Shown: positions 48,744-58,691 of the stretch, in pieces
Numbering within the stretch: the first letter of the stretch is position 1
Layout: each line of letters opens with the position of its first letter
DNA from: an uncultured Candidatus Binatia bacterium
GTDB lineage: Bacteria > Desulfobacterota > Binatia > UBA9968 > CAXXLF01
Length of the DNA stretch: 64,000 bases
Assembly (NCBI GenBank): GCA_965218425.1
Contig: OZ244621.1
Span: forward strand, 4,096,001 to 4,160,000
Direction of reading: 5' to 3'
Notes under the pieces: model-generated
Seen by the model: the letters and a program-made list of their open reading frames with translations, nothing else
Databases searched by the model: none
What the model was told of the DNA's origin: nothing
Position numbers and translations under genes: made by a program

Positions 48744-49832
48744 ATGCACGTTATCGATTGTGATGCACATGGGGAAGAGAGCGTTCAAACCTGGCAGCAC
48801 CTGGACCCCGAGTTCCATTTGCTTCGCCCCATCCCCGTGGTTTTCCCCGAAGATACCTGCTTCGGCTCGCACAATGCGGCCTGGGTCATCGATTACAAGC
48901 TCAGATTCTTTGCCGCCAATCCAACCTCCATGAAACGGGCCCGCGAAAAAGACGTACCCATCGAGGTCCAGGAGATGCGCGACGTGAAGAAACGCCTCTC
49001 CTATATGGACGAACTGGGGATCCACAAACAAGTCGTTTTCCCGTCTATCTGGCTTGGTTGCCTGGCAGAAAACGTGGACCTGGAAGCGGCCCTGGCACGC
49101 AGCTACAACCAGTTCATGGCAACCCAGTGCCGCCAGTCCGGGGGGCGACTCTGGTACGTGGCGATTGTTCCCTGGCGGCGTCCGGAGATGGCGGCGCAGG
49201 AGATCAAACGGGTCAAAGCCCTCGGGTCTGTGGCCGGAATCTACGCCCGCGGCATTGAATGGGACCGTCCACTGACCCACCCGGATCACTGGCCAATCTA
49301 TGAGGAGGCCGAATGCAATGATCTGCCCATAACCGTCCATGTGGGCAACGGCTCCAGTCCAATGATACGGGAAATGTTGCAGGGCGTTCCCCGGCCCACC
49401 TATGCGGATTCCCGCCCCCACATTCATCCGTTGGGAACCGGGTTGGTCAGCGGCCCTTACGTTCTGTACGCCTTCCAGCAAATCCTGGGCTCGAGTATTC
49501 TCGAGGATTTTCCTAAATTAAGGGTGGGGTTCCTGGAAGCCGGATCCGAATGGACCGTCCGGCTCCTCAAGCGTTTGCGGGCGAGTCGGGGACCCATCAT
49601 CCAGGAATGGCTTGTAGAGCGTGTCTTTGTTTCATGTGCGCTGGACGACGACATCCCACACATCATGAGCAAGGTGGGAGAGGAATTTCTCGTCACGGCA
49701 ACCGACTTCCCGCACGGCGATGCCTTTCGCCAGGACCGGCTCGCCAACGGACTCAAGGCCCGGGGGGACCTTTCCGATGGGACCATTGAAAAAATCCTGT
49801 CGGTGAATCCGCAGCGGTTATTTCACTTTTAG
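48744..49832 (+). CDS. Amidohydrolase family (Amidohydro_2) protein
   Basis: IDCDAH, PITVH, TATDFPHGD. Confidence 0.9.
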   Translation: MHVIDCDAHGEESVQTWQHLDPEFHLLRPIPVVFPEDTCFGSHNAAWVIDYKLRFFAANPTSMKRAREKDVPIEVQEMRDVKKRLSYMDELGIHKQVVFPSIWLGCLAENVDLEAALARSYNQFMATQCRQSGGRLWYVAIVPWRRPEMAAQEIKRVKALGSVAGIYARGIEWDRPLTHPDHWPIYEEAECNDLPITVHVGNGSSPMIREMLQGVPRPTYADSRPHIHPLGTGLVSGPYVLYAFQQILGSSILEDFPKLRVGFLEAGSEWTVRLLKRLRASRGPIIQEWLVERVFVSCALDDDIPHIMSKVGEEFLVTATDFPHGDAFRQDRLANGLKARGDLSDGTIEKILSVNPQRLFHF

Positions 49833-50851
49833 TGCTGGTAAAACCGCCGGGCGTTGTCTCCCAAAATAGCGGCCTTATGCTCGTTTCGTAGATCATCCCG
49901 CTCTAATATCTCGTCTATCTCTTCCATACAGTTGCTGATGGAGATCTCGTGCGGGAAATCCGAGGCGAACATGAACGATTGCGGGCCCACGCGGTCGATG
50001 GCATAGGCAAGTGCCTTCTCGTTGCCCTCACACCCCACGAAGATGCGATCATCCTTAAAGTATTCCAGAGGTTGCCTTTTCATCTTGAGTCCCCCGTACT
50101 CCAGTTCGCGCTCTAGCCGATCGATCACCAGGGGAATCCATGCGGTTCCGCCCTCCATAAACCCGCATCGCAACTTCGGGAACTGGTCAAACACGCCATC
50201 CACCATCATTCCAGTCATGGCAATGGCCAGGGGAAAGGGCATGCCAAGCGCCCGTGTGGCCGGAAACGTCGTAAAAGTGTTAAATCCTAAATTGATGTAG
50301 CTGCCCCCGTGCACGGCCATAACGCAATTTAGCTTTTCGGCCTCCTCATAAATGGGCCAGAACTCGGGATGGCTGACATGGCGGGTGAGCCCGTTGGAAG
50401 GAATCATCGCGCCAATAAAGCCGAGGTCCCTCACCGCACGGCGCAGCTCCGTCACGGCATCAGGCACGTTTTGCATTGGGATCAAGGCCACAGCCTGAAA
50501 GCGGGGGCTGCGCTGAAGGTACCGTTTGTGGATGTAATCGTTATAGGCTCGCGCGTAGGCCAGCGCCCACTGCGGGTAGGCCACGTTTCCGTACGCCAAT
50601 CCGGAAGTGGGATAGAGCACGGCATACTCTGTCTTCGTTCGTTCGAGGAAATCGAGCCACTGCTCCGGCCCGGTGCCGCGATCGAAGGTGCCGGGTGTCC
50701 GCGGGGTACCATCGGAGGGAGTGTGAAAGTGATCGAGACTCGGCACCATGTTGCGCGCACCCCGGTTATTGAACGGTTCCGCAACGAACCGGACCAACTC
50801 CTCATCGTTCTCCATTACATGCCCATCTGCATCGACATAAGCCTGTGCCAT
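49829..50851 (-). CDS. Amidohydrolase family (Amidohydro_2) protein
   Basis: VDADGH, MAVHGG, FASDFPHE; AGGAGG RBS. Confidence 0.9.
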   Translation of the reverse strand: MAQAYVDADGHVMENDEELVRFVAEPFNNRGARNMVPSLDHFHTPSDGTPRTPGTFDRGTGPEQWLDFLERTKTEYAVLYPTSGLAYGNVAYPQWALAYARAYNDYIHKRYLQRSPRFQAVALIPMQNVPDAVTELRRAVRDLGFIGAMIPSNGLTRHVSHPEFWPIYEEAEKLNCVMAVHGGSYINLGFNTFTTFPATRALGMPFPLAIAMTGMMVDGVFDQFPKLRCGFMEGGTAWIPLVIDRLERELEYGGLKMKRQPLEYFKDDRIFVGCEGNEKALAYAIDRVGPQSFMFASDFPHEISISNCMEEIDEILERDDLRNEHKAAILGDNARRFYQH

Positions 50852-50884
50852 AAAACCTCCTAAATAAAAAATTTATTTATCTAT

Positions 50885-51913
50885 TTATCGCAGATAACCC
50901 CTTTCGCGATAGAACCGCTCAGCCCCCGGGTGAAGGGGAACGTCACAGGCGGTTTCCTCGTAATCGGAGCAAAGCCGGCTCATATCCAAAGCTTTATAAT
51001 TGTCCGTGGGAATCTGATCTTTGCGTGCTTCAATGGCCTCACACAAGGCAAAGGCCACATCCTCTGCCATTTCCGCATGCACCACCATGGGCCACCCGCT
51101 AAAATCCAAGGTTTGCACCTCCTCGGGAATACCGGGAAAAAGATCATTGGACATCTTCACCGGTCGATACCCCATGGCAGCCATGCGGGCCTGAATCTTT
51201 CCTTCAACGGGCAGGAAACGAAACCCGTGGTCTACGGCGGCCTGTCCCCAGCTCAGGATCCCTTCGTCGAAGACGGCATTGATATGACCATCCTCAATGG
51301 CCCCACGCCGGTCGGGATGGCTGGGTCTCATTACCGACTGGATCTTTCCTCCCCACTTTTTAATGTCCGCGAGACTAAACTTTGCCGCCTTGATAACCTC
51401 ACCTACCGAGAACATGGTGCTATCGTGCAGGAATGGCGGTTTGATGGTACGCCCGGTCGATAGGCGCAAGGGGATTCGTTCCTGTTTGATCTGGTCCAGC
51501 GACGTGATGCCGGTGGACTGGTGCACCGCGAAGCCCACCACATCGTGAGAAGGAAAAACAGCTATGGTCCTCAAGGGTAGCGGTTTTGAAAATGGCCCTT
51601 TGCCCTTGAATGCCATGGTCGCGGCCACGGAAGGATTGATCCACAGGAGAGAGAGCTTGTTCTGCGCAACGGCCTTGAGCTCTTGAAAACCCCCAACGGC
51701 AATGGAAAGATCCACACCGTTACTGTGGCGAGAGCGAGCGCCGGTGAGAGCGAGGTGAACATGAGAAGCCAAGCGCGAATCGACTTGAAGGGCACCCTGT
51801 GCCCCACGGGTGGTTTCAAAGGAAAGCGAACCATCGTAAAGAGCCGCGGCCAGCTCCAGCAGTCCCTTGGAACGCTGCACGCCTGCGTTGTATCTGCGTC
51901 GGGTTTCAGTCAC
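50885..51913 (-). CDS. TAXI-family TRAP substrate-binding-fold protein with no signal peptide
   Basis: PLRTIAVFP, GITSLDQI, DVPLHPGAERFYRERGYL C-terminal signature. Confidence 0.8.
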   Translation of the reverse strand: MTETRRRYNAGVQRSKGLLELAAALYDGSLSFETTRGAQGALQVDSRLASHVHLALTGARSRHSNGVDLSIAVGGFQELKAVAQNKLSLLWINPSVAATMAFKGKGPFSKPLPLRTIAVFPSHDVVGFAVHQSTGITSLDQIKQERIPLRLSTGRTIKPPFLHDSTMFSVGEVIKAAKFSLADIKKWGGKIQSVMRPSHPDRRGAIEDGHINAVFDEGILSWGQAAVDHGFRFLPVEGKIQARMAAMGYRPVKMSNDLFPGIPEEVQTLDFSGWPMVVHAEMAEDVAFALCEAIEARKDQIPTDNYKALDMSRLCSDYEETACDVPLHPGAERFYRERGYLR

Positions 51914-51982
51914 GGATCCTCTTCGCCTGGGCGTCAACGAAAAACCATCCGATGCCGCCAGCTTTCATAGTCGCGTGATCGC

Positions 51983-52011
51983 ATGGTAAGCCGAGCCCAA
52001 AAGGAAGTCAA
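51983..52011 (-). promoter_or_regulatory. Putative sigma70 promoter
   Basis: TTGACT-17 nt-TACCAT. Confidence 0.5.
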
Positions 52012-52025
52012 CACAAGGCGCGGCC

Positions 52026-52403
52026 TCAATCGAAAGGAAGCCCTCTTTTTTTCAGTTCCTGAGCCAGTGCCTGGCTGCCCCGCCACAGTACGGGAACTCC
52101 TGCATTAATAGCCGCGGCTTCGTAAAATTCCAGGACCTCCCTGGGTTTCGCCCCATAATCCAGGGCCTTGGCCATGTGTCTGACCATACCGCCCCAACTC
52201 CGCTGGGCGGCAGCGCAAACCATGATCACGAGCTCTTTGGTAGCACGGGACACGGCCCCGTCGTCACGTCCCAAGACCGCGTCCCCATAGAATGCCTTGA
52301 TACCTTCCAGGCATTTAGGATCGTGACGCCTCATGAGCTCGACTCCCGAGTCATCACCCTCTCCACGAATCTTGAGCAACTCCTGGTATTCAGAATCTTC
52401 CAT
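52026..52403 (-). CDS. Carboxymuconolactone decarboxylase family protein
   Basis: ATKELVIM...HMAKALDYGAKPREVLE...AGVP. Confidence 0.8.
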   Translation of the reverse strand: MEDSEYQELLKIRGEGDDSGVELMRRHDPKCLEGIKAFYGDAVLGRDDGAVSRATKELVIMVCAAAQRSWGGMVRHMAKALDYGAKPREVLEFYEAAAINAGVPVLWRGSQALAQELKKRGLPFD

Positions 52404-52495
52404 TCAAACTCTCCTTATTTGAAACTCAATGAAGTGGCGAAATTCTGTGCACCGCGCCAAACCCTTCGACCCCAGTCATCATTCATGTCACAGAG

Positions 52496-53506
52496 CTAGA
52501 TGGAGGCCAACTCCGGCATTACCTGTCGAGTGAAGAGCTCAACCGAATGAAGGGCTTCACTAGTGGAGAGATCACCGAAGGCGAATTGTCCCACCACATA
52601 GTTAGCCGCTGATTCTGTTAGCTGCGAGCGCAAAAAAGCACTTACGGTTTTCGGACTGCCGGCGACACCAAGACCGGCGTCCATGAGCAGATCAAAATCG
52701 GGTGGTCGGGGGTGGTTCGGTCGGCTGCCGTGAGCATTGTACAAATGATTGAAACTCCGATGCCACTTTACGTAGGCGCGTCGGGCCATGACCAGGCCCT
52801 CACCATCACTTTCGGCAACAACGATGAAACGACCAATACCCATCTTCAGCATAGCCTGGTTTTCCCCTCGGGCCTCTCTCCGGACCTCACCATACCGATC
52901 GGTGAAACCGCGTGTTTTCAGAGCCGTGTCGAGGCTCATGATATGGAGTCCGTTACGCGCGGCCCGTTCGGCACTCTCAATAGAGTGGACACCGTACCAG
53001 ATGGGCGGGTGGGGTTTTTGCAGCGGCTCGAGTTCCATGGGAACGTTTTCAAAAGAGAAAAACTCACCCTTATAATTGAGGGACCTCTCAGCCAGGCCCC
53101 GCAGGATCAACTCTACCCCCTCGCCGTATATTCCTTGCGATTGGGCGGGACTCTGTCCGTAAAGCCCAATCTCAATGGGTGAAGCGCCTCGGCCGAAACC
53201 CATCTCCAGCCGCCCGCCGCTCATCTGATCCAGCATGCAGATTTCCTCAATAAGCCGCAGCGGATGATAAAACGGTAGTGCATAAACCATTGGGCCAAAG
53301 CGGAGCCGCTTTGTGCGTTGGCCCACGGCAGCGAGAAATACGCTGGGGGACGGAGCCATGCCGAGGGGAGTCGAATGATGCTCCGCCACATGGTAGGCGT
53401 AGAACCCCCCGCGATCATAGGCCTCGATGATCTGGAGGCGTTCCTCGTAGTACTCTTTCAAGGGCAGATCACCGCGGTCCAAATGATCGAATACACCGAA
53501 TTCCAT
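52496..53506 (-). CDS. LLM (luciferase-like) flavin-dependent oxidoreductase
   Basis: VAEHH, HPLRLIEEICMLDQMSGGRLEMGFGRG, QKPHPPIW. Confidence 0.92.
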   Translation of the reverse strand: MEFGVFDHLDRGDLPLKEYYEERLQIIEAYDRGGFYAYHVAEHHSTPLGMAPSPSVFLAAVGQRTKRLRFGPMVYALPFYHPLRLIEEICMLDQMSGGRLEMGFGRGASPIEIGLYGQSPAQSQGIYGEGVELILRGLAERSLNYKGEFFSFENVPMELEPLQKPHPPIWYGVHSIESAERAARNGLHIMSLDTALKTRGFTDRYGEVRREARGENQAMLKMGIGRFIVVAESDGEGLVMARRAYVKWHRSFNHLYNAHGSRPNHPRPPDFDLLMDAGLGVAGSPKTVSAFLRSQLTESAANYVVGQFAFGDLSTSEALHSVELFTRQVMPELASI

Positions 53507-53683
53507 TTTTCCTTACACACTCCGTCACCGACCGGAGAATGCTATACGATTTGAGGGGTTTTTTACAAGGACGAATAAAATCCTCACACTCATACTTCTG
53601 CACTCCGAAACTGGAACTGCCGCGACTCGCCTGTTAATAGGTATTGATAGCTATTACAAATTTCCATGGAGAGGAGAGCTCAA

Positions 53684-54403
53684 ATGCTCTACGAGTTGTA
53701 TTACTGGCCCGGCATACAGGGCCGTGGAGAGTTTGTGCGACTTTCCCTTGAAGATGCAGGCGCGGACTACGTGGACGTGGCCCGTGATCCCAGGCGCGGC
53801 GTTGCTGCCCTGGGAAAGTTTATGGGAGACGCCTCCGAGACCCACCCGCCCTTCGCGCCGCCTTTCTTGAAGGCGGGCAAGCTAGTGATTAGCCAAACCA
53901 CGAACATCCTGATGTTCCTCGGGCCGCGTATAGGTCTGGTACCTAAAAGCGAAGCAGGTAGACTGTGGGCTAACCAACTCCAGCTCACCATCGCCGATTG
54001 GCTCTTGGAGGTCCATAATGCCCATCATCCCATGGCCGGGAGCCTCTACTACGAGGATCAGAGAGGGGAGGCGAGCCGACGCTCGGCCATCTTCAGGACC
54101 GAACGCTTGCCGAAGTACCTTGCCTACTTCGAGGAGGTGCTCAAACGAAACTCAAAGGGGCACGCTTTTATTCTGGGCAAAGGGATGTCCAACGTCGACT
54201 TGTCGCTATTTCAGATGATGGCAGGCCTGCGCTATTCGTTCCCGCAAGTGATGGAGAGGCTAGAACCGAGCTACCCCAGATTGGTTACGCTGCACGACCG
54301 CGTATCTGGCCGTCCACGGACGGCAGCCTATTTATCCTCGGACCGGCGCGTGCCGTTCAACCAACAGGGTATTTTTCGACACTACCCCGAGCTAGACGAA
54401 TAG
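53684..54403 (+). CDS. Glutathione S-transferase
   Basis: YELYYWPGIQGRGEFVRL, ISQT, DLSLFQ. Confidence 0.9.
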   Translation: MLYELYYWPGIQGRGEFVRLSLEDAGADYVDVARDPRRGVAALGKFMGDASETHPPFAPPFLKAGKLVISQTTNILMFLGPRIGLVPKSEAGRLWANQLQLTIADWLLEVHNAHHPMAGSLYYEDQRGEASRRSAIFRTERLPKYLAYFEEVLKRNSKGHAFILGKGMSNVDLSLFQMMAGLRYSFPQVMERLEPSYPRLVTLHDRVSGRPRTAAYLSSDRRVPFNQQGIFRHYPELDE

Positions 54404-54829
54404 ACATCCACCTATCGCGTCAATGACTCAATCCGAATCGAAGTCATTCTCTTCCTCTTCCGCCTCCGGCCCATGGCGGGCGCCAGGGAGGTGCAGGGGG
54501 TTCCTGCTGCAACCTGCGTCAGAACAAAGTAGCTTTGGTCGGAGTCTGGCATGACCTGCGGTGTCCGTTTCAAGAGATTCGGCTTGGCACCGAGGCCCCC
54601 GGAAAAGATCAAGGCCCTTCAGCAAGATAACTTTTCCATCACTGACGCCACCCTTACCTGGTTCTCATATGAGATCAACGGGAATTACCTGATTGACCCC
54701 CTTACCGGACACGGGATAATTCGGAATCTGCTTCTGTAAACCCTCATCCGCCTGTCTTTATTCCCGTCATTCATCAAGGGGATTTGCTCTCTACGTTTTT
54801 GCTTTTTTACTTTTTCCGTTTTACTTGCT

Positions 54830-55873
54830 TTAAATCTCCAACACTACCCGACCATGGATAGCCCCCGCCTGCAATTCGTCAAGGGTTCGATTCACCTCTG
54901 ACAGGGGCCGTTCCTCCACCGGAATGGGCTGGAGCTTTCCTTCGCGCGCAAGGGCGATTACTGAATTTAACTCGGCCAGGGATCCCAGGTGGGAACCCTG
55001 GATCGTAAGGGCACGTTGGATAGCGGCAACAAGGGACACTGGTATCTCACCGCCGTACAGACCCACGAGAATCAGCCGGCCGCCCTTTCGCAGAGCCCCC
55101 AGGGCAAGGCTCGCCGTGCTACCGGTACCAACCAGATCAATGGCGCCGTATATGGGACCTCCCGCGATCCGCTGGATTTCTTTCGAGGCCTCGGGCTTGC
55201 GCGCGTCAACGGTTGCCGCCACACCCGCTGCCTTCAATTTCGTTCTGTCGATGTCAACAGCGATGATTCGTTCGTGGCCAATGGCCCGCAATACGGCAAT
55301 GGCCATTAGCCCAAGCCCACCGAGGCCGATCACCGCGACCCATTCCTGGAGTGGCAGAGGAGCCAACTTCGACACGGCTGAATAGCTGGCCAGTCCCGAG
55401 CAAGACAGGGTTGCCGCCCATGCGGGATCGGCACCACCTGTGTCCATGAGATACCGCGGGTGGGGAACAAGTAAATAATCCGCATAGGCCCCGGGACGCT
55501 GAAGCCCGATATAGCGCGGCGTCATACAGTGGTTGTCCATGCCCTCGCGGCAGCGAGCGCAGTGGCCACATCCTGTCCAGGGATACACGAGACGATCTGC
55601 TCCAATGGGGACATTCCCTGCTTCAGGCCCCGCCGCGACAATGGTACCGTAGGGCTCATGCCCGAGGGTTGCGGGCAAGGCTATTCCGCGCTCACTCATG
55701 TGCATGCGCTTGCCGCCTCCGAGCTCAAAGTGACCTTGCCGAACATGCACGTCACTATGGCACACTCCGCAATACTTGAGTCGCAGGAGCACCTCGGTAC
55801 CACGAGGACTCGGATTTTCACGCTCCGCCCGCTGCAGTGGCATGCCCCATCCTATAACATCGTAGCTCAGCAT
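54830..55873 (-). CDS. Zinc-dependent alcohol dehydrogenase
   Basis: CGVCHSD, GHE, CxxCxxC...C, GLGGLG. Confidence 0.92.
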   Translation of the reverse strand: MLSYDVIGWGMPLQRAERENPSPRGTEVLLRLKYCGVCHSDVHVRQGHFELGGGKRMHMSERGIALPATLGHEPYGTIVAAGPEAGNVPIGADRLVYPWTGCGHCARCREGMDNHCMTPRYIGLQRPGAYADYLLVPHPRYLMDTGGADPAWAATLSCSGLASYSAVSKLAPLPLQEWVAVIGLGGLGLMAIAVLRAIGHERIIAVDIDRTKLKAAGVAATVDARKPEASKEIQRIAGGPIYGAIDLVGTGSTASLALGALRKGGRLILVGLYGGEIPVSLVAAIQRALTIQGSHLGSLAELNSVIALAREGKLQPIPVEERPLSEVNRTLDELQAGAIHGRVVLEI

Positions 55874-55963
55874 CCGACTCCGCTCCTGTGGTAATGGGAC
55901 CAAAACTCTTCTTCGGCTAGGAGAGGTCTGAAACGATTCGATCCAATACGCGCGGTACGGGGT

Positions 55964-57052
55964 TTACATGGGTTGCGGTATGCTGATGTTATAGAGTCGT
56001 GCTACGTTTTTGCGCACTAGCTTTGCGCGTGCTTCGGAGGGCAGATTTCCCATGTCCCTGGCCACGATCTCACGGGAGTGGGGCCAGGTGGAGTTCCCAT
56101 GGGGGTAGTCATTGGACCACATGCAGTTATCCACCCCCCACCATGACAGCATGTGTCCCCCCACCGCATCATTGAAAAAGGTGGCATAGACTTGCCGGTG
56201 AAAGTACTCACTGGGCAGCTTCGTTATGGACAGCGACGAGGACCGATTGCCGGCAAAGCGTTTGAAGTAATAATCCCACTGTTCGAGAACGAACGGGATC
56301 CACCCGATCTCGCTCTCCACGAGGACCATTTTTAGCCGGGGAAATCGCTCCAGGACTCCGCCATAGATAATATCGTACAACGTGTCCACGGTCTGGAAGA
56401 GCTTATGATTAACACTGCTCCGGTTTTGATCAATTCCGGGATCGCTCACTTGGGGGGCCACCTGGGTAAAGGAGCGGCTTTTGCTGTAGCCGTGGCCGCT
56501 CAGGATGTGAAGGTTAACCGGCATGTCCAGATCTTGAGCTGTGGCCCAGAAGCGCTCATAGTGCTTCGAGGTGAACGATAGGCCCGGTGCCGGAATTTGC
56601 CAGATCACTACCCCGCGCAGGCCAGCTTTACGGCAGCGTTCCATCTCCCGGATTGCGCCTTCGATGTCGTGCACTACGAGCATCGCGTTGCCAATCAGGC
56701 GGTCCGGCGCAGCCTGGCAGTAGTCAATGAGCCAGTCATTGTAGACCCGGGCGCAGGCCTCTTCCAGGGGAGGATCGTCCAGGCTCAATGCCTTGAGACC
56801 ATGGGTGGGATAGAGGACCTCCGCGCTGACGCCGTCGGCGGCCATCTCTTTGACCCGTTCCGTTTTATCCATGGCGCCGGGGTGGTCGTTTTTTCTGCGA
56901 CCGCCGTAGTCGGGTGCGCGGTCCTGGAAGACCTTAGGAAGGTTTTTCCGCCAGAGGCCTTCAGGCTCGATGACATGGGAATCGGACGAGATTAGGATCT
57001 CATCAATGGCGGTCGTAGACTCCTGCCCGTAAGTGCGTTCCAATACGCTCAT
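55964..57052 (-). CDS. Amidohydrolase family (Amidohydro_2) protein
   Basis: ISSDSH, PVNLH, WSNDYPH. Confidence 0.9.
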   Translation of the reverse strand: MSVLERTYGQESTTAIDEILISSDSHVIEPEGLWRKNLPKVFQDRAPDYGGRRKNDHPGAMDKTERVKEMAADGVSAEVLYPTHGLKALSLDDPPLEEACARVYNDWLIDYCQAAPDRLIGNAMLVVHDIEGAIREMERCRKAGLRGVVIWQIPAPGLSFTSKHYERFWATAQDLDMPVNLHILSGHGYSKSRSFTQVAPQVSDPGIDQNRSSVNHKLFQTVDTLYDIIYGGVLERFPRLKMVLVESEIGWIPFVLEQWDYYFKRFAGNRSSSLSITKLPSEYFHRQVYATFFNDAVGGHMLSWWGVDNCMWSNDYPHGNSTWPHSREIVARDMGNLPSEARAKLVRKNVARLYNISIPQPM

Positions 57053-57073
57053 GGATTTAACTCCTTCCTGAAC

Positions 57074-57514
57074 CTATGCCCCGAAGAACTTTCCGGGTAG
57101 CGGGACACCTGGAATACGCTTGTTTTCCTCCGAGGTAAGCGGGCGGCCCTGGGCCCCCAAACGGTAATCGTCCCCTGGCTTTCTACCGGCCCCTACCCGG
57201 AGCAATACAAGGTTTTCATTGCCGGTGCTTTGAAAATAGTAATAGGAGCCTTTGGGCAGCAAGATGCCCTCGTATTTATTCACCACCCTGATGTTCCCCG
57301 CATTGTCATGGAATGTGGCTTGGCCTTGTAGAATGATAAATGAGTGGTCTTCGTCGAAGTGCGCGTGTAGCACATTCTCCCCACCCTCAGCGTACACCTT
57401 GACCCGAACCTTGAGCAGATCCGTCCCGGCTACAGGTGTATTGGTCTGCCCAGCGCAGAGCAACGGCGTCTTGAGAGAGAAAACTTGCGCTTTGGGGTGG
57501 TCTTGAGTTTCCAT
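57074..57514 (-). CDS. Cupin domain protein
   Basis: GGENVLHAHFDEDHSFIILQG; GGAGG RBS. Confidence 0.8.
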   Translation of the reverse strand: METQDHPKAQVFSLKTPLLCAGQTNTPVAGTDLLKVRVKVYAEGGENVLHAHFDEDHSFIILQGQATFHDNAGNIRVVNKYEGILLPKGSYYYFQSTGNENLVLLRVGAGRKPGDDYRLGAQGRPLTSEENKRIPGVPLPGKFFGA

Positions 57515-57776
57515 AGTAACCTCCTGGCGTAATATATGCCTAAGGCCCTGTCGGGTCAAACCTTAGGCGGAAGAAGCCACAAATACATTTGGGATTCCCG
57601 GGCTTGCAAATTGAGTCAGCCCCATTTATTTACCTAACGGTCGCTTCTTTTCGTTTGCAGGAAGAGGCGAATTCCCTACGATAATGAGCAAGGTTGTTCG
57701 GAAATCTGCGAGTCAGACCAATTCTTTTCAGACCGGGTTGTCAGGCCGGGCGTGTGCCGCGCCAGGTACCCTTTGC

Positions 57777-58550
57777 CTATTTGTGGCGGTCCAGAAAGTC
57801 CAGAACCATACGATTCCAGATCCCCGGTTGCTCCCAGAAGGCGGAATGGCCGGCTTCAGGAACCGTGACAAACTGGCAGTCAGGGACTCGATCTGCAAGC
57901 AGTCGCATGCGGGATGGTGGGGCAAGAAGGTCAACGTCGCCAGCAACCATGAGAGTGGGAACTCTCAGAGTTTCCAGAAGTGAGAAGGTCACATGGTTTC
58001 GCATCCGCTGCTCCACTCCTGGTTTTTGCCGGCTCCCGTGCTCGATCTCTAGCCATCGGCGAGTACCATCCGGCTCCACCGCACGGTAGGACGATCCCAG
58101 CTCTCGAAATTCAGGAGGAAACTCCCGAAAATTCGGCGGCTGAAGTCTCTTTCTAGTTTCAGAGTATTCCGTGTCTTGAATTCCTCCCCCGCTGCAGGCC
58201 ACCACAAGGCGCCATAGCCGCTGAGGATAGGTCAAGGCATAGTCCAGCGCCCCATATCCACCTCCCGCCGTGCCCACCAGATGAAAACGGTCAAGACCTA
58301 AATGTTCCACTAGGCCCTGGAGGTCATCGGTTACGTAGCCAGGTTGCTCGCCGGACGGGTCAGTTCGTGTGCGACCCCACCCGCGTCGGTCATAGGTGAT
58401 ACAGCGATAGCCCGCGCCAACAAACGCCGGCAGTTGGTGCTGCCAGCTCCGGGTGTTGCCGGTAAAGGCGTGCATGAAAATCACAGGAGTGCCGCCGCCA
58501 TCCGTGTCTTCGTACCAGATTTGAACTCCGGGAAGGTCCGCAATGGGCAT
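57777..58550 (-). CDS. Alpha/beta hydrolase-fold protein lacking the canonical Ser nucleophile
   Basis: YDRRGWG, LVGTAGGG, GDVD, AGHS. Confidence 0.85.
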   Translation of the reverse strand: MPIADLPGVQIWYEDTDGGGTPVIFMHAFTGNTRSWQHQLPAFVGAGYRCITYDRRGWGRTRTDPSGEQPGYVTDDLQGLVEHLGLDRFHLVGTAGGGYGALDYALTYPQRLWRLVVACSGGGIQDTEYSETRKRLQPPNFREFPPEFRELGSSYRAVEPDGTRRWLEIEHGSRQKPGVEQRMRNHVTFSLLETLRVPTLMVAGDVDLLAPPSRMRLLADRVPDCQFVTVPEAGHSAFWEQPGIWNRMVLDFLDRHK

Positions 58551-58623
58551 GGCGACAGTCTAGCATCCAGGGTGACCCCTGGAAACTGAAACTTTGCTGG
58601 AAAATTTCCCTTCTGCCTTGGCC

Positions 58624-58652
58624 TTGACAATATGAAAAGCTTTCAATAGCTT
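58624..58652 (+). promoter_or_regulatory. sigma70 promoter, Bug copy 1
   Basis: TTGACA-17-TAGCTT. Confidence 0.6.
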
Positions 58653-58691
58653 GTCCCCCGAACATTAACATTGCGTGTCGAGGAGGTTATC

